From the NCBI GenBank assembly GCA_963762145.1, contig CAVXJS010000008.1, positions 32,001 through 96,000 of the forward strand: 64,000 bases of DNA. The letters run 5' to 3'. Shown piece by piece: positions 28,671-40,865 of the stretch. The notes beneath the pieces are model-generated. The model ran no database searches and was not told where the DNA came from. It was given only the letters and a program-made list of their open reading frames with translations. The stretch is from an uncultured Candidatus Rokubacteria bacterium. GTDB lineage: Bacteria; Methylomirabilota; Methylomirabilia; Rokubacteriales; CSP1-6. Made by a program: the position numbers and the translations under genes. Every line of letters starts with the position of its first letter. The first letter of the stretch is position 1.

Positions 28671-29772
28671 ATGACCCTCGCCTCGTCACGTCGTGGTGTG
28701 CGGCGCCGGCGTCATGGGCGCCGCGGTGGCCTACTTCCTCGCCCGCCGCGGCGTCGCGCGTCACGCTGGTCGAGCGCTCGGGGGTCGCCTGCGCGGCGTC
28801 GGGCAAGTCGGGCGGCTTCCTCGCGCTCGACTGGTGCGACGGCTCGCCGGTCGGCCCGCTGGCGCGGCTGAGCTTCGCGCTCCACGCCGAGCTGGCGCAC
28901 CGAGCTCGGCGGCGACTACGGCTACCGCCGCATGGACACGTTCATGATGCGGGCGCGCGAGCGGGGCAGCGGTGGCGGGCGGCCCCCGCGTCCCGCGGCG
29001 CCCGCCTGGATCGACGGGCCGGCCGTCGTGGCCGAGCTGCTCGGCTCCACCGAGACCACGGCCCAGATCCATCCCGCGCGCTTCACCGCCGCGCTGTGGA
29101 CGCGGCGCGCGCGCGCGGAGCCGCGCTGCGCATCGGCGTCGTCGAGGGCTGACAGCGGGACGGCGCCGCGACGCGGGGTGAGGGTGGACGGCGAGGCCTC
29201 GCGGCCGACGCCGTCGTGCTCGCCGTGGGCCCGTGGACGGGCCGCGTCGCGCGGCGCTCGCCTGCCGCGGTCCACGGCCTCAAGGGCTACAGCGTGACGC
29301 TCGACGCGGCGGGCGTGCCGGCCCACGCGCTGTTCATGGACTACCGCACTGGCCGACGGCCGCGCGCTCGAGCCCGAGATCTTCCCGCGGCCCGACGGCG
29401 AGGTCTACATCTGCGGGATGGCCGATCCGCCGCCGCTGCCCGACTCGCCGGAGGGCGTGGAGGTGAGCGACGCGGCGTGCGCCGTCCTCGCCCGCGCCGC
29501 CGGGCGCGTCTCCGCCGGCGCTGGCCGCCGCGCCGATCGCGCGCCGCCAGGCCTGCTACCGTCCCGTGACCGACGACGGCCTCCCGCTGATCGGCCGCGT
29601 GCCCGGCGCGCCGGGCGCCTACGTGGCGACCGGCCACGGGCCGTGGGGCATGCTGAACGCGCCCGGCACCGGCCTGGCCCTGGCCGAGCTGATCGCCGAC
29701 GGGCCGCCGCCCTCGTCGACCTCGGCCGTTCGACCCCGCGCGCCTGCCCCCCGGCCATCTGGACTACCATAG
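28671..29772 (+). CDS. FAD-dependent oxidoreductase (DAO family), heavily frameshifted; end approximate
   Basis: VVCGAGVMG, ASGKSGGFLA, AQIHP, CYRPVTDDGLPLIG, ATGHGPWG. Confidence 0.8.
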
Positions 29773-29799
29773 CGGGCCAAACACCGAAACGGAGGCGCC

Positions 29800-31348
29800 A
29801 TGATCGCGTTCGCCCGTCGCTCCGGCCTCGCTACCCTGCTCGCCCTCCTGCTGGTTCTGCCCTCACCGCCCCGGCGGCGGCCGCGCCGGAGGGCACGATG
29901 ACGTGGGGCATCCACGTCACGCTGGCTCCCCGGTGGCTCGACCCGAGCGACACCGAGGCGTTCATCACGCCGTACATGGTGCTGTACGCCATCCACGACG
30001 CGCTGGTGAAGCCGATGCCCGGCGGGCGACAACACGCCGAGCCTGGCCGAGTCGTGGACGGTCGTCGAAGGATGGCCTCACCTACGAGTTCGTGCTCCGC
30101 AAGGGCGTGAAGTTCCAGAACGGCGACCCGGTCACCGCCGAGGACGTCAAGTTCTCCTTCGACCGCTACAAGGGCACCGCGGCCAAGCTGCTCAAGGACC
30201 GCGTGCGCGAGGTGCAGATCGTCGACGCCAGCCGCGTCCGCATTCACTTGAAGGAGCCGTGGCCGGACTTCATGACCTTCTACGGCACCTCGGCCACCGG
30301 CGCGGCGTGGATCGTGCCGAAGAAGTACGTGGAGCAGGTCGGCGAGGACGGCTTCAAGAAGGCGCCGATCGGCGCGGGGCCGTACAAGTTCGTGAGCACC
30401 AACCCCGGCGTGGACCTGGTCATGGAGGCGTGGGAGGGCTACTGGCGCAAGGTGCCGTCGGTGAAACGGCTGGTGTTCAAGAGCATGCCCGACGAGACGA
30501 CGCGCGCCGCCGCGCTCAAGGCGGGCGAGGTCGACATCGTGTACCTCTTGAGCGGGCCCACCGCGGCGGAGGTCAAGCGGACGCCGGGGCTGCGCCTCGC
30601 CGCGGCGGTGCCGCCGGGCGTGCCGTTCCTCGACCTGCCCGAGCAGTGGGACGCGAAGTCGCCGTGGCCGACCGGCGCGTGCGTCTGGCCGCGAGCTACG
30701 CCCTCGACCGCAAGGCGCTCAACGAGGCCGAGACGCTCGGCATGTCGCGGCCGACCGGTGGGCTCATCCCGCGCTCGCTCGAGTTCGCGAGGGTGTTCGA
30801 GCCGCCGGCCCACGATCCCGCGCGGGCCAAGAAGCTCCTCGCCGAGGCGGGCTACCCGAACGGGTTCGACGCCGGCGCGCTGACGCCGTTTCCTCCGTTC
30901 TTCTCGCTCGCCGAGGGCCTGGGCAACTACCTGCAGGCCGTCGGGCATCAAGACCCGGATGCGCACGATGGAGCGCGCGGCATTCCTCACCGAGTGGCGG
31001 GACAAGAAGCTCAAGAACGTGATCATGGGACTGGGCGCGCCCGCCGGCAACGCCGCGACGCGCATCGAGGCCTACGTGCTCAAGAACGGGATCTACGCCA
31101 ACGGCGTGGTGCCGGAGATCGAGGATCTCTACGCGCGGCAGGCGCGCGAGATCGACCGGAAGAAGCGCGAGGCGCTGGTGCACCAGATGCAGGACATCAT
31201 GCACGAGCGCGTGCTCCACGTGCCGATCTACGAGCTGGCCTTCCTGTGGGGCGTCGGCCCGCGGGTGGAGGAGGCGTGCGTGGACCACATCAAGGGCTTC
31301 TCGTACTCCGCGCCCTACGAGGACCTGAAGCTCAAGGCCCCGCGGTAA
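29800..31348 (+). CDS. Family-5 ABC substrate-binding protein, frameshifted; paralog of 42577..44127
   Basis: HDALVKPMPG, GDPVTAEDVKFSF, PWPDFMTFYGT, PIGAGPYKF, YEDLKLK. Confidence 0.88.
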
Positions 31349-31372
31349 ACCCGCTTCACAGGAGAGGTCCCC

Positions 31373-32213
31373 ATGGACATCGTCGACTCGCAGGTCCACA
31401 TCTGGGCCGCGGATACGCCGGAGCGGCCGTGGCCGGCGGGCCGCGCGGCCGAAGCGCAGAAGCCGTACCCGATCCGCAAGGAGACGCTGCTGTTCCAGAT
31501 GGACCTGGCCGGGGTGCGCCGCATGGTGCTGGTGCCGCCGTCCTGGGAGGGCGACCGCAACGACCTGGCGCTGGAGGCGGCGCGCACGTACCCCGACCGG
31601 TTCGCCGTCATGGGCCGCCTGGCGCTGCAGGACCCGGAGAGCCGCGCGCTGCGTGGCCGACTGGCGGAAGCAGCCGGGCATGCTCGGCATGCGCTTCACC
31701 TTCCACAACGAGCACAATCGCCACTTCCTCACCGACGGCACCGCCGACTGGCTGTGGCCGGCCGCGGAGAAGGCGGGCATCCCGCTGATGGTGCTGGTGC
31801 CGGGCGCGCTCGACCACCTCGACCGGATCGCCGAGCAGCATCCCGGCCTCAAGCTCGTGATCGATCACGTGGGCTCAGCCGTGCGCGGCAAGGCGCCAAG
31901 GTCTGGGACGAGCTGCCGAGGTCTGCGCGCTGGCCAAGCACCCGAACGTGGCGGTGAAGGCCTCGGGCATGCCGTCGCTGTCGAGCGAGCCCTACCCGTT
32001 CCCCGACCTGCACGACGACATCCGGCGGCTGTTGACGCCTTCGGGCCGCAGCGGACGTTCTGGGGGACCGACCTCACGCGCATGCCGTGCACCTACTACG
32101 AGTGCATCACGCTCTTCACCCAGCACCTGCCGTGGCTCAAGGGCGAGGACCTGGAGTAGGTGATGGGGCGCGGCGTCTGCGAGTGGCTCGGCTGGCCGCT
32201 CGCGCGCGCCTGA
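31373..32213 (+). CDS. Amidohydrolase_2 family protein; frameshifts plus in-frame TAG at 32157
   Basis: IVDSQVHIW, VPPSWEGDRND, IDHVG, FWGTDLTR; the frame continues after TAG as VMGRGVCEWLGW. Confidence 0.83.
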
Positions 32214-32224
32214 GGCCGGGCGCG

Positions 32225-33258
32225 ATGCGATTCGGCCTCTTCTTCCAGGCGCCGGAGCCGGCCGGCGAGACGCACGCCCAGCGCTTCACCGAGATGCTCG
32301 ACCTGTCGCGCTCGCCGACTCGCTCGGCTTCGACGTGGCCTGGCTCGCCGAGATCCACTTCGGCGGCGCGTTCTCGCTCCTCTCCACCCCGCTCATGGCG
32401 GTGCCCGTGATCGCCCAGCGCACCCGGCGCATCCGGGTCGGCACCGCGGTGACGCTGCTGCCGCTGCACCACCCGCTGACTGCGCGGAGCAGGCGGCGAC
32501 CGCCGACATCCTCTCGGGCGGGCGCCTCGAGTTCGGGGTGGGCCGCGGCTCCATCCCCACCCAGTTCCACGGCTTCCGGATCCCGTCTCGAGAACCGCGC
32601 GCGCTTCGACGAGGCCTCGACATCATCCGCCTGGCGTGGACGAAGGACCGCTTCAGCTACCGCGGGGCGTTCTGGGAGATCGACAACCTCTCGGTCGTGC
32701 CCAGGCCGCTCCAGCAGCCGCACCCGCCCATCCGGGTCGCCGTGCACACGAGGAGAGCTTCGCCCACATCGCGGACCGGGGCTGCCGATCTACTCGGGCA
32801 CGACGACCACGCCGCTGCCGCAGCTCCGGGAATGCATGGCGGTCTACCGGAGGCGGCTCGCCGCCGCCGGGCACACCTGGCGCGACGACCAGATGGCGCT
32901 GATGTTCCCGATGCACGTGGGGGCCACCGGCGGCGCCGCGCGCGACGCCATGCGGCCGGCGTGCTCCAGTACTACCGGAACATCCAGGCGATCTTCTCGG
33001 CTCCCGACTCCTCGCCGATCACCTGCCCCGCCTAAGACGTCCGAGGAGACCATCGCCAACCTGCCCTACGAGAAGTTCTGCCGCGACCAGGCGTCTTCGG
33101 CGAGCCGCGGAGGTGGTCGACCGCCTGCAGGCGGCGCGGGACGAGTTCGGGCTCTCCCAGATCATCGGCTGGTTCGACCAGGGGTCGCGCTCCCGCGCGG
33201 GGAGGTCGAGCGCACCATGCGCCGCTTCGCCGAGCAGGTGATGCCGAAGCTCGGCTGA
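32225..33258 (+). CDS. LLM-class flavin-dependent oxidoreductase, frameshifted
   Basis: MRFGLFF, WLAEIHF, IRVGTAVTLLPLHHP, FGVGRG, FAEQVMPKL. Confidence 0.83.
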
Positions 33259-33259
33259 T

Positions 33260-33294
33260 CCCTCTCCCCTTCGGGAGAGGGCAGGGAGAGGGGG
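33260..33294. repeat. REP-like palindrome, family B copy 1
   Basis: CCCTCTCCC-cttc-GGGAGAGGG followed by CAGGGAGAGGGG, between convergent genes. Confidence 0.8.
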
Positions 33295-34439
33295 CTACCG
33301 GCTGCCGGGGGTGACGCGGAGGAGGCGTCCGTTGCTGTCGTCGGTCAGCAGGTAGAGCGAGCCGTCCGGGCCCTGCGCGCACGTCGCGGATCCGCGCGCC
33401 GACGCTCCGCCAGGTAGCGCTCCTCGCCGCGCCACGCGGCCGTTCGTCGATCCGCAGCCGCACGAGCGCGCCCGGGCTGAGCGAGCCGACGAAGAGGTCG
33501 CCCTTCCAGTCGGCGAACGCGTCGCCCGTGTAGAACGTGGCGCCGGACGGGGCGATCACCGGATCCCAGTAGTACACGGGCTGCTCCATGCCCGCCTTCG
33601 CGGTGCCATCGCCGATACGCGCGCCCGAGTAGTCCACGCCGTAGGTGATGACCGGCCAGCCGTAGTTCTTCCCCGGCTGCGGGTTGTTGAGCTCGTCGCC
33701 GCCGCGCGCGCCGTGCTCGACCGTCCACAACTCGCCGCGTCGCGGTCGAGCGCCGCCGCCTGGACAGTTGCGGTGGCCGAGCGACCAGATCTCGGGCAGC
33801 GCGCCGGCGCGGCCCACGAACGGATTGTCGCGGGGCGCCGAGCCGTCCGGCGTTGATGCGCACGATCTTGCCGAGCGTGGTCGAGAGATCCTGCGCGCGC
33901 TCGCGCTGGGCGTAGCGGTCGCCGAGCGTGACGAAGAGCGTGCCGTCGCGCGCGGAAGACCAGGCGCGAGCCCCAGTGATTGGGCCCCTCCACCTTGGGC
34001 TGCTGGCGCCAGATCACCTGGGTGCCCTCGAGCCCGCGCTCGCCGAGCCGCCCGCGCGCCACCGCGGTGCCCGCGCCGCCCTGGCCCGGCTCCGAGAACG
34101 AGAGGTAGACGAGCTGGTCCTGCGCGAAGCCGGGGCTGAGCGCCACGTCGAGCAGCCCGCCCTGCCCGCGCGCGTAGACCTCGGGCACGCCGGTGAGCGG
34201 CTCGGAGAGCTGCCCGCCCGCGCTCACGATGCGCAGGCGCCCCGGCCGCTCGGTCACGAGGAAGCGCCCGTCGGGCAGGAGCTCCACGCCCCAGGGATGG
34301 TCGAGCCCGCGCGCGACGTCGGTGACCGTCGCGGCCAGCTTGACCGCGGCCGGCGTCGGCGAGCGCAGCGCCTCCTGCGCCAGCGCGGGCAGGACGAGGA
34401 GCGCGAGCGCCGTCAGGACGACCGCGAGCCGGGAGCGCA

Positions 34440-34440
<1 letters not shown>
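33295..34440 (-). CDS. PQQ-dependent sugar dehydrogenase (YliI/GSDH family), frameshifted
   Basis: GLDHPWG, VTERPGRL, GQGGLLDV, HWGSRL, GHRN, EHGARGGDELN, NYGWP, IAPSG. Confidence 0.88.
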
Positions 34441-35646
<1,206 letters not shown>

Positions 35647-35725
35647 TGAGTGCTTCCCTCCCGCGCCCATCATACATCTGCTATCTTCTCGGCAACCCCT
35701 CACCGACAGCAGGAAAGGACAGGCC

Positions 35726-37373
35726 ATGGCCACGATCACGGGATCGGAAGTGCTGGCGCAGGCGCTCAAGTCGCAGGGCGTGGACACGATGTTCTATCTG
35801 ATGGGCGGCCCGATGCTCGAGACCGAGGCGGCCTGCATCAAGCTCGGCATCCGCGCGATCGACACGCGCCACGAGCAGGCGGCGGCGATGGCGGCGCACG
35901 CCTGGACGCGCGTGACGCGGCGGCCCGGCGTGGCCATGGGCTGCTCGGGTCCCGGCGCCATCAACCTGGTCACCGGCGTGGCGAACGCCTTGACCGACTG
36001 CGCGCCGCTGGTCGCCATCGGCGGCTCGAGCCCGCGCGTGTTCCTCGGCATGGAGGCCTTCCAGGAGATCGACCAGGTCGCCCTGATGAAGCCCATCACC
36101 AAGTGGGCGGAGCGCATCTACGACGCCAGGCGCATTCCCGAGGTGGTCGACACCGCGTTCCGCCAGGCGACCAGCGGCCGGCCCGGCCCCGTGTACCTCG
36201 ACCTGCCCGGCGACGTCCTGGGCGAGAAGATCGAGGAGGAGCAGCTCCACTACCCCGGCCCCTGGCGCCCGGCGCCGCGCAGCCTCGGCGACCCGAACGC
36301 GGTGCGCGAGGCCATCGCGCTGCTGGCCAAGGCGGAGCGCCCGCTGGTCATCGCCGGCAGCGGCGTGTGGTGGTCGGACGGCGCGGCCGCGTTCCAGGCC
36401 TTCGTCGAGGCCACCGGCATCCCGTTCTACACGACGCCGATCTCGCGCGGCATCGTGCCGGAGGATCACGCGCTCGCGTTCCTGAACGCGCGCAGCAAGG
36501 CCTTCACCGAGGCCGACGTGGTGCTGGCGGTCGGCACGCGGTTCAACTAGGTGATCCAGTTCGGCCGGCCGCCGCGCTTCGCGGCCGACCTCAAGGTGAT
36601 CCAGGTCGACATCAACCCGACCGAGCTCGGCCACAACCGCCCGGTCGACGTGCCCATCGCGGGCGACGCGCGCGCGGTGCTCGAGCAGCTCCGCGCGGAG
36701 GCCAAGGGCAAGATCGACGCCCAAGCGCTACGCGGCCTGGACCGGCAAGCTCCGCACGCTCGACGCGGAGAAAGGCGCCGAGCTGGACAAGGCGATGTGC
36801 CGCGACGAGACGCCGATCCACCCGCTGCGGCTCTGCAAGGAGGTGCGCGACTTCATGCGGCGCGACGCCATCCTGGTCGTCGACGGCCAGGAGATCCTGA
36901 ACTTCGGCCGCCAGTCCATCCCGACCTTCGTGCCGGGCCACCGGCTGAACTCGGGCGCGTTCGGCACCATGGGCGTGGGCCTGCCCTTCGGCATCGGCGC
37001 GAAGGTGGCCAAGCCCGACGCGCAGGTGGTGGTGCTGCACGGCGACGGCTCGTACGGCATCAATGCCATGGAGATCGACACGGCGGTGCGGCACAAGATC
37101 CCGGTGCTGGTGGTGATCAGCAACAACGGCGGCTGGACCGCGGACGCCCCGTGGACCAGGCCCCTGCCCAAGCCCGGACGCAACCTCGGCTACACCCGCT
37201 ACGACCGCGTCGCCATGGAGCTGGGCGCGCACGGCGAGTTCGTGGAGAAGCCGCACGACATCCGCCCGGCGCTCGAGCGCGCGTTCGCCTCGGGCAAGCC
37301 GGCGGTGGTCAACGTCATCACCGATTCCAAGGCGCGCGCGACGACCGTGCGGTTCTCGGCGTACACGACATAG
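35726..37373 (+). CDS. Thiamine-diphosphate enzyme (oxalyl-CoA decarboxylase / 2-hydroxyacyl-CoA lyase-like); in-frame TAG at 36548 and frameshift near 36722
   Basis: RHEQAAAMAA, SGPGAINL, AFQEIDQ, GTMGVGLPF, GDGSYG...NNGGW ThDP motif; SD AGGA. Confidence 0.88.
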
Positions 37374-37388
37374 CGGAGGCCCTCGACC

Positions 37389-38586
37389 ATGGCCAAGGCC
37401 CTCGACGGGATTCGCGTCCTCGACCTGACCCAGTACGAAGCGGGACCGAGCTGCACCCAGATGCTGGCGTGGCTCGGGGCGGAGGTCATCAAGATCGAGC
37501 CGCCCACCGGCGAGCCCGGCCGCACCGCGCTGTCCGACAAGCGGGGCGAGGACGCGTGGTTCTTCCTGCTGCTCAACTCGTGCAAGAAGGGCGTCACCCT
37601 CAACCTGAAGTCCGAGCGCGGCCGCGCGATGTTCCTCGACCTGGTCAAGACCGCCGACGTGGTGGTCGAGAACATGGGCCCGGGCGCGATGGATCGCCTC
37701 GGCCTCGGCTGGGAGGCGCTCCACGCGCTCAACCCGCGGCTGATCGCGGCCTCGGTGAAGGGCTTCGGCGGCGGCGGGCCTTACGCCGACTACAAGAGCT
37801 TCGAGTGGATCGCGCAGGCCATGGCCGGCGCCATGAGCATGACCGGCTCGCCCGACGGCCCGCCCACCAAGGCCATCGGGGGTCTGGCCGACACCGGCGC
37901 GGGCCTGCACTACCGCGATCGGCATCCTGGCCGCCATCATCCAGCGCCAGGCCACCGGGGTGGGCCAGCAGGTCGAGGTTGCCCAGCAGGAGTCGGTGGT
38001 GAACCTCCTCCGCATCCACCTGCGCGAGAGCTACGCCACCGGCAAGCCGGCGCCGCGCCAGGGCAACCGCTCGGCGGCCGCCGCGCCGTCGAACATCTAC
38101 CGCTGCCAGCCCGGCGGGCCCAACGACTACGTGTTCATCCACTGCGCCACCGTGGACATGTGGAGGGCGCTGACCCGGATCGTCGGGCGGCCCGAGATGG
38201 GCGACGACCCGCGCTACCACGACCGGCGCGACCGCGTGCAGATCGTCGACGAGATCGACGCGATGATCGAGGCGTGGACCGAGAAGCGTACCAAGCTCGA
38301 GGTGATGGAGATCATGGCCGGCGCCGGCGTGCCGTGCGGCGCGGTGCTCGACTCCACCGAGATCCTGGCCGACCCGCACATGCGCAAGCGCCGCTTCATC
38401 GTCGATCTCGAGCACCCGCGCCGCGGCCCCTACCCGATGCCGGGCAACCCGGTGCGCCTCTCCGACTCCCCCACCGAGGTCGGCCGCTCGCCGCTCCTGG
38501 GCGAGCACAACGCCGACGTCTACGGCCGCCTGCTCGGCTACAAGCCCGAAGACGTCGACCAGCTGAAGCGCGACGGCATCATCTAA
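37389..38586 (+). CDS. Family III CoA-transferase (formyl-CoA transferase-like), frameshift near 37912
   Basis: [58 protein letters not shown]. Confidence 0.9.
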
Positions 38587-38593
38587 CATATCT

Positions 38594-38628
38594 CCCTCTC
38601 CCCTCTGGGGAGAGGGCAGGGTGAGGGG
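38594..38628. repeat. REP-like palindrome, family B copy 2
   Basis: CCCTCTCCCC-tct-GGGGAGAGGG-CAGGGTGAGGGG. Confidence 0.85.
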
Positions 38629-38676
38629 CCAGAAGGTGAGGGCCTGCAGGATGAGGCGGCCCGTCAGGAGAGCAAG

Positions 38677-39612
38677 ATGAGCGACAACCACGCCGTAGTC
38701 GTCGATCCCGCAACCTCCGGCCGCCTGGTTCTCCGCCCGGTCCCCGACCCGACGCCCGACCGTGACGAAGCGATCGTCCGGGTGCGCGCGATCTCCCTGA
38801 ACCGCGGGGAGGTGCGCCGCTCGACCATGGCCGCCGCCGGCTGGCGCCCCGGCTGGGACCTGGCCGGCCACGTGGAGCGCGCGGCGGCCGACGGCAGCGG
38901 GCCCCAGGTCGGCGCGCGCGTGGTCGGGCTGCTGGCGGAAGGCGCCTGGGCCGAGCGCGTGGCCGTGCCCACCCACGCGCTCGCCGAGCTGCCCGAGAAG
39001 GTCACGTTCTCGCAGGCCGCCACCTTCCCGGTGGCCGGCCTCACCGCGCTGCACGCGCTCGGCAAGAACGGGCCGCTCCTCGCCCGTCGCGTGCTGGTGA
39101 CCGGCGCAACCGGTGGCGTCGGCGACTTCGCGGTGCAGCTCGCGCGCCTGGGCGGCGCGCACGTGACGGCCAGCGCCCGCCGCGCCGATCAGGTCCCCGC
39201 GCTGCGCCAGCTCGGCGCGCACGAGGTGACGGTGGGCGACGAGATCCCATCCTCGCCCAAGTACGATCTGATCGTCGAGTCGGTGGGCGGCCGCACCCTC
39301 GGCACCGCCCTCGCGGCGCTCCAGCGCGGCGGGGTCTGCGTCACCCTCGGCGTCTCCGCCTCCGCCGACGTCACCTTCGATGCCCGCACGTTCTTCGCCA
39401 CCGGCCGCACCACGCTCTACGGGCTCTATCTCTTCAGCGAGCTCGGCGCCGAGCCCGCGTCGGTCGGCCTGCGCCGCCTCGCCGACCTGGTGGCCGCGGG
39501 CCAGCTCGCGCCGCACATCAGCGTGGAGCGGCCCTGGACCGAGATCGCTCAGGTGGCGGCGGACCTGATCGCGCGCAAGTACCCGGGCAAGGCCGTCCTC
39601 ACGCTCGGCTGA
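38677..39612 (+). CDS. MDR-family (quinone oxidoreductase-like) dehydrogenase
   Basis: AISLNRGE, PGWDLAG, VAGLTA, VTGATGGVG, GKAVL. Confidence 0.9.
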   Translation: MSDNHAVVVDPATSGRLVLRPVPDPTPDRDEAIVRVRAISLNRGEVRRSTMAAAGWRPGWDLAGHVERAAADGSGPQVGARVVGLLAEGAWAERVAVPTHALAELPEKVTFSQAATFPVAGLTALHALGKNGPLLARRVLVTGATGGVGDFAVQLARLGGAHVTASARRADQVPALRQLGAHEVTVGDEIPSSPKYDLIVESVGGRTLGTALAALQRGGVCVTLGVSASADVTFDARTFFATGRTTLYGLYLFSELGAEPASVGLRRLADLVAAGQLAPHISVERPWTEIAQVAADLIARKYPGKAVLTLG

Positions 39613-39616
39613 GCCC

Positions 39617-40810
39617 GTGCCCAGACTCGACCGGCTGCCTCAGCTCAACCGGAACAACCTGCTGATGCTGCCGGTCCAGGTGAACGACACCGTCCCGTTC
39701 ACGACGCTCTCGAAGCCGCTGGCGGCCTGCCGGGTCGCGATCGTCACGACCGCGGGGCTCCACCGGCGCGACGACCGGCCATTCGGGCCCGGCGAGCAGA
39801 CCTACCGCGTGATCCCGGCCGATACGCCGCTCGCGGAGATCGTCCAGAGCCACACGAGCCTGGGCTTCGACCGCGTCCCGCAGATGCTCGACCCGAACAT
39901 CTCGTTCCCGGTGGACCGCCTGCGCGAGCTGATCGCGCGGGGCGAGCTGGGCGGGACGGCCCCGCATCACTACTCGTTCATGGGCGCGCAGCGGGATCTC
40001 AAGCGCATCCAGGAGGAGACCGGGCCCGAGGTGGGCCGCAAGCTCCGCGATGCGGGCGTGGAGGTGGCCCTCGTCACTCCCACCTGACCCTTCTGCACGC
40101 ACACCGGAGGTGTGCTGGCCCGCGCGCTCGAGAGCGAAGGCATCGCCACGACGTCCATCAGCATGGTGCGCGAGCACACCCAGAAGCTGAAGCCGCCGCG
40201 CGCGCTGTTCGTGCCGTTCCCCTTCGGTCACGCCCTGGGCCGGCCGAACGATCCGGATCTCCAGCACCGTGTGCTGCGCGCCGCGCTGGACCTGCTCGCC
40301 GAGCCGGCCGGCCCGGTGCTCTGCGACTTCTCCGACGACGCCGAGCCCGGCGATCAGCCGCCCGCGCCCGCCCAGGCCTCCGGCATCGCGGCCGCGGCCG
40401 ACGTGCCGGACGATCCCGCGCTCGAGACCGCGCAGATGCGCCAGTACCACGAGCAGTGGCTGGCCCGGAGCGGCGGGCGCACCGCCTTCGGGCTCTCCGG
40501 CGTCCCGGCCACCCGTTTCCGCGGTGTGGTGCGCTTCCTCCAGGCCTTCGCGGAGGGCGAGGACACCGACATGGAGGAGCGCCCGGCCACGGTCCCGCTG
40601 CCGGGCTTCATCCGCTACTGCGCGGACGACTGGAAGGCGCTCTACTTCGAGGCGCGCCTCGCGATGAAGCCGGGCGTCACCGGCGACGAGGTCGCGCGAT
40701 GGTTCTGGAGCGAGACGGCGGCGGGCCAGGTGCTGCGGCGCGTGGGCAAGCGGCTGGAGGCCTCGGAAGACGCGCGCTGGAAGGCGGCCGCGTTCGGGGT
40801 GGCGCGGTAG
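39617..40810 (+). CDS. Selenoprotein of the glycine/sarcosine/betaine/proline reductase B (GrdB/PrdB) family with C-terminal extension; Sec at TGA 40085-40087
   Basis: ORFs 39617..40087 and 40112..40810 are in frame; read-through gives VALVTPT-U-PFCTHTGGVLARALESEGIAT (UxxC); N-terminal RVAIVTTAG, DPNISFPVDRLREL, YSFMG; PPRALFVPFPFGHALG. Confidence 0.88.
40099..40115 (+). promoter_or_regulatory. Bacterial SECIS-like hairpin
   Basis: GCACACC-GGA-GGTGTGC perfect 7-bp stem beginning 11 nt after the UGA, G-led apical loop. Confidence 0.75.
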
Positions 40811-40813
40811 GCT

Positions 40814-40848
40814 CCCCTCACCCTGCCCTCTCCCCGGAGGGGAGAGGG
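40814..40848. repeat. REP-like palindrome, family B copy 3 (opposite orientation)
   Basis: CCCCTCACCCTG-CCCTCTCCCC-gga-GGGGAGAGGG between convergent genes. Confidence 0.85.
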
Positions 40849-40865
40849 AGAGGGCGGGAAGGGTG

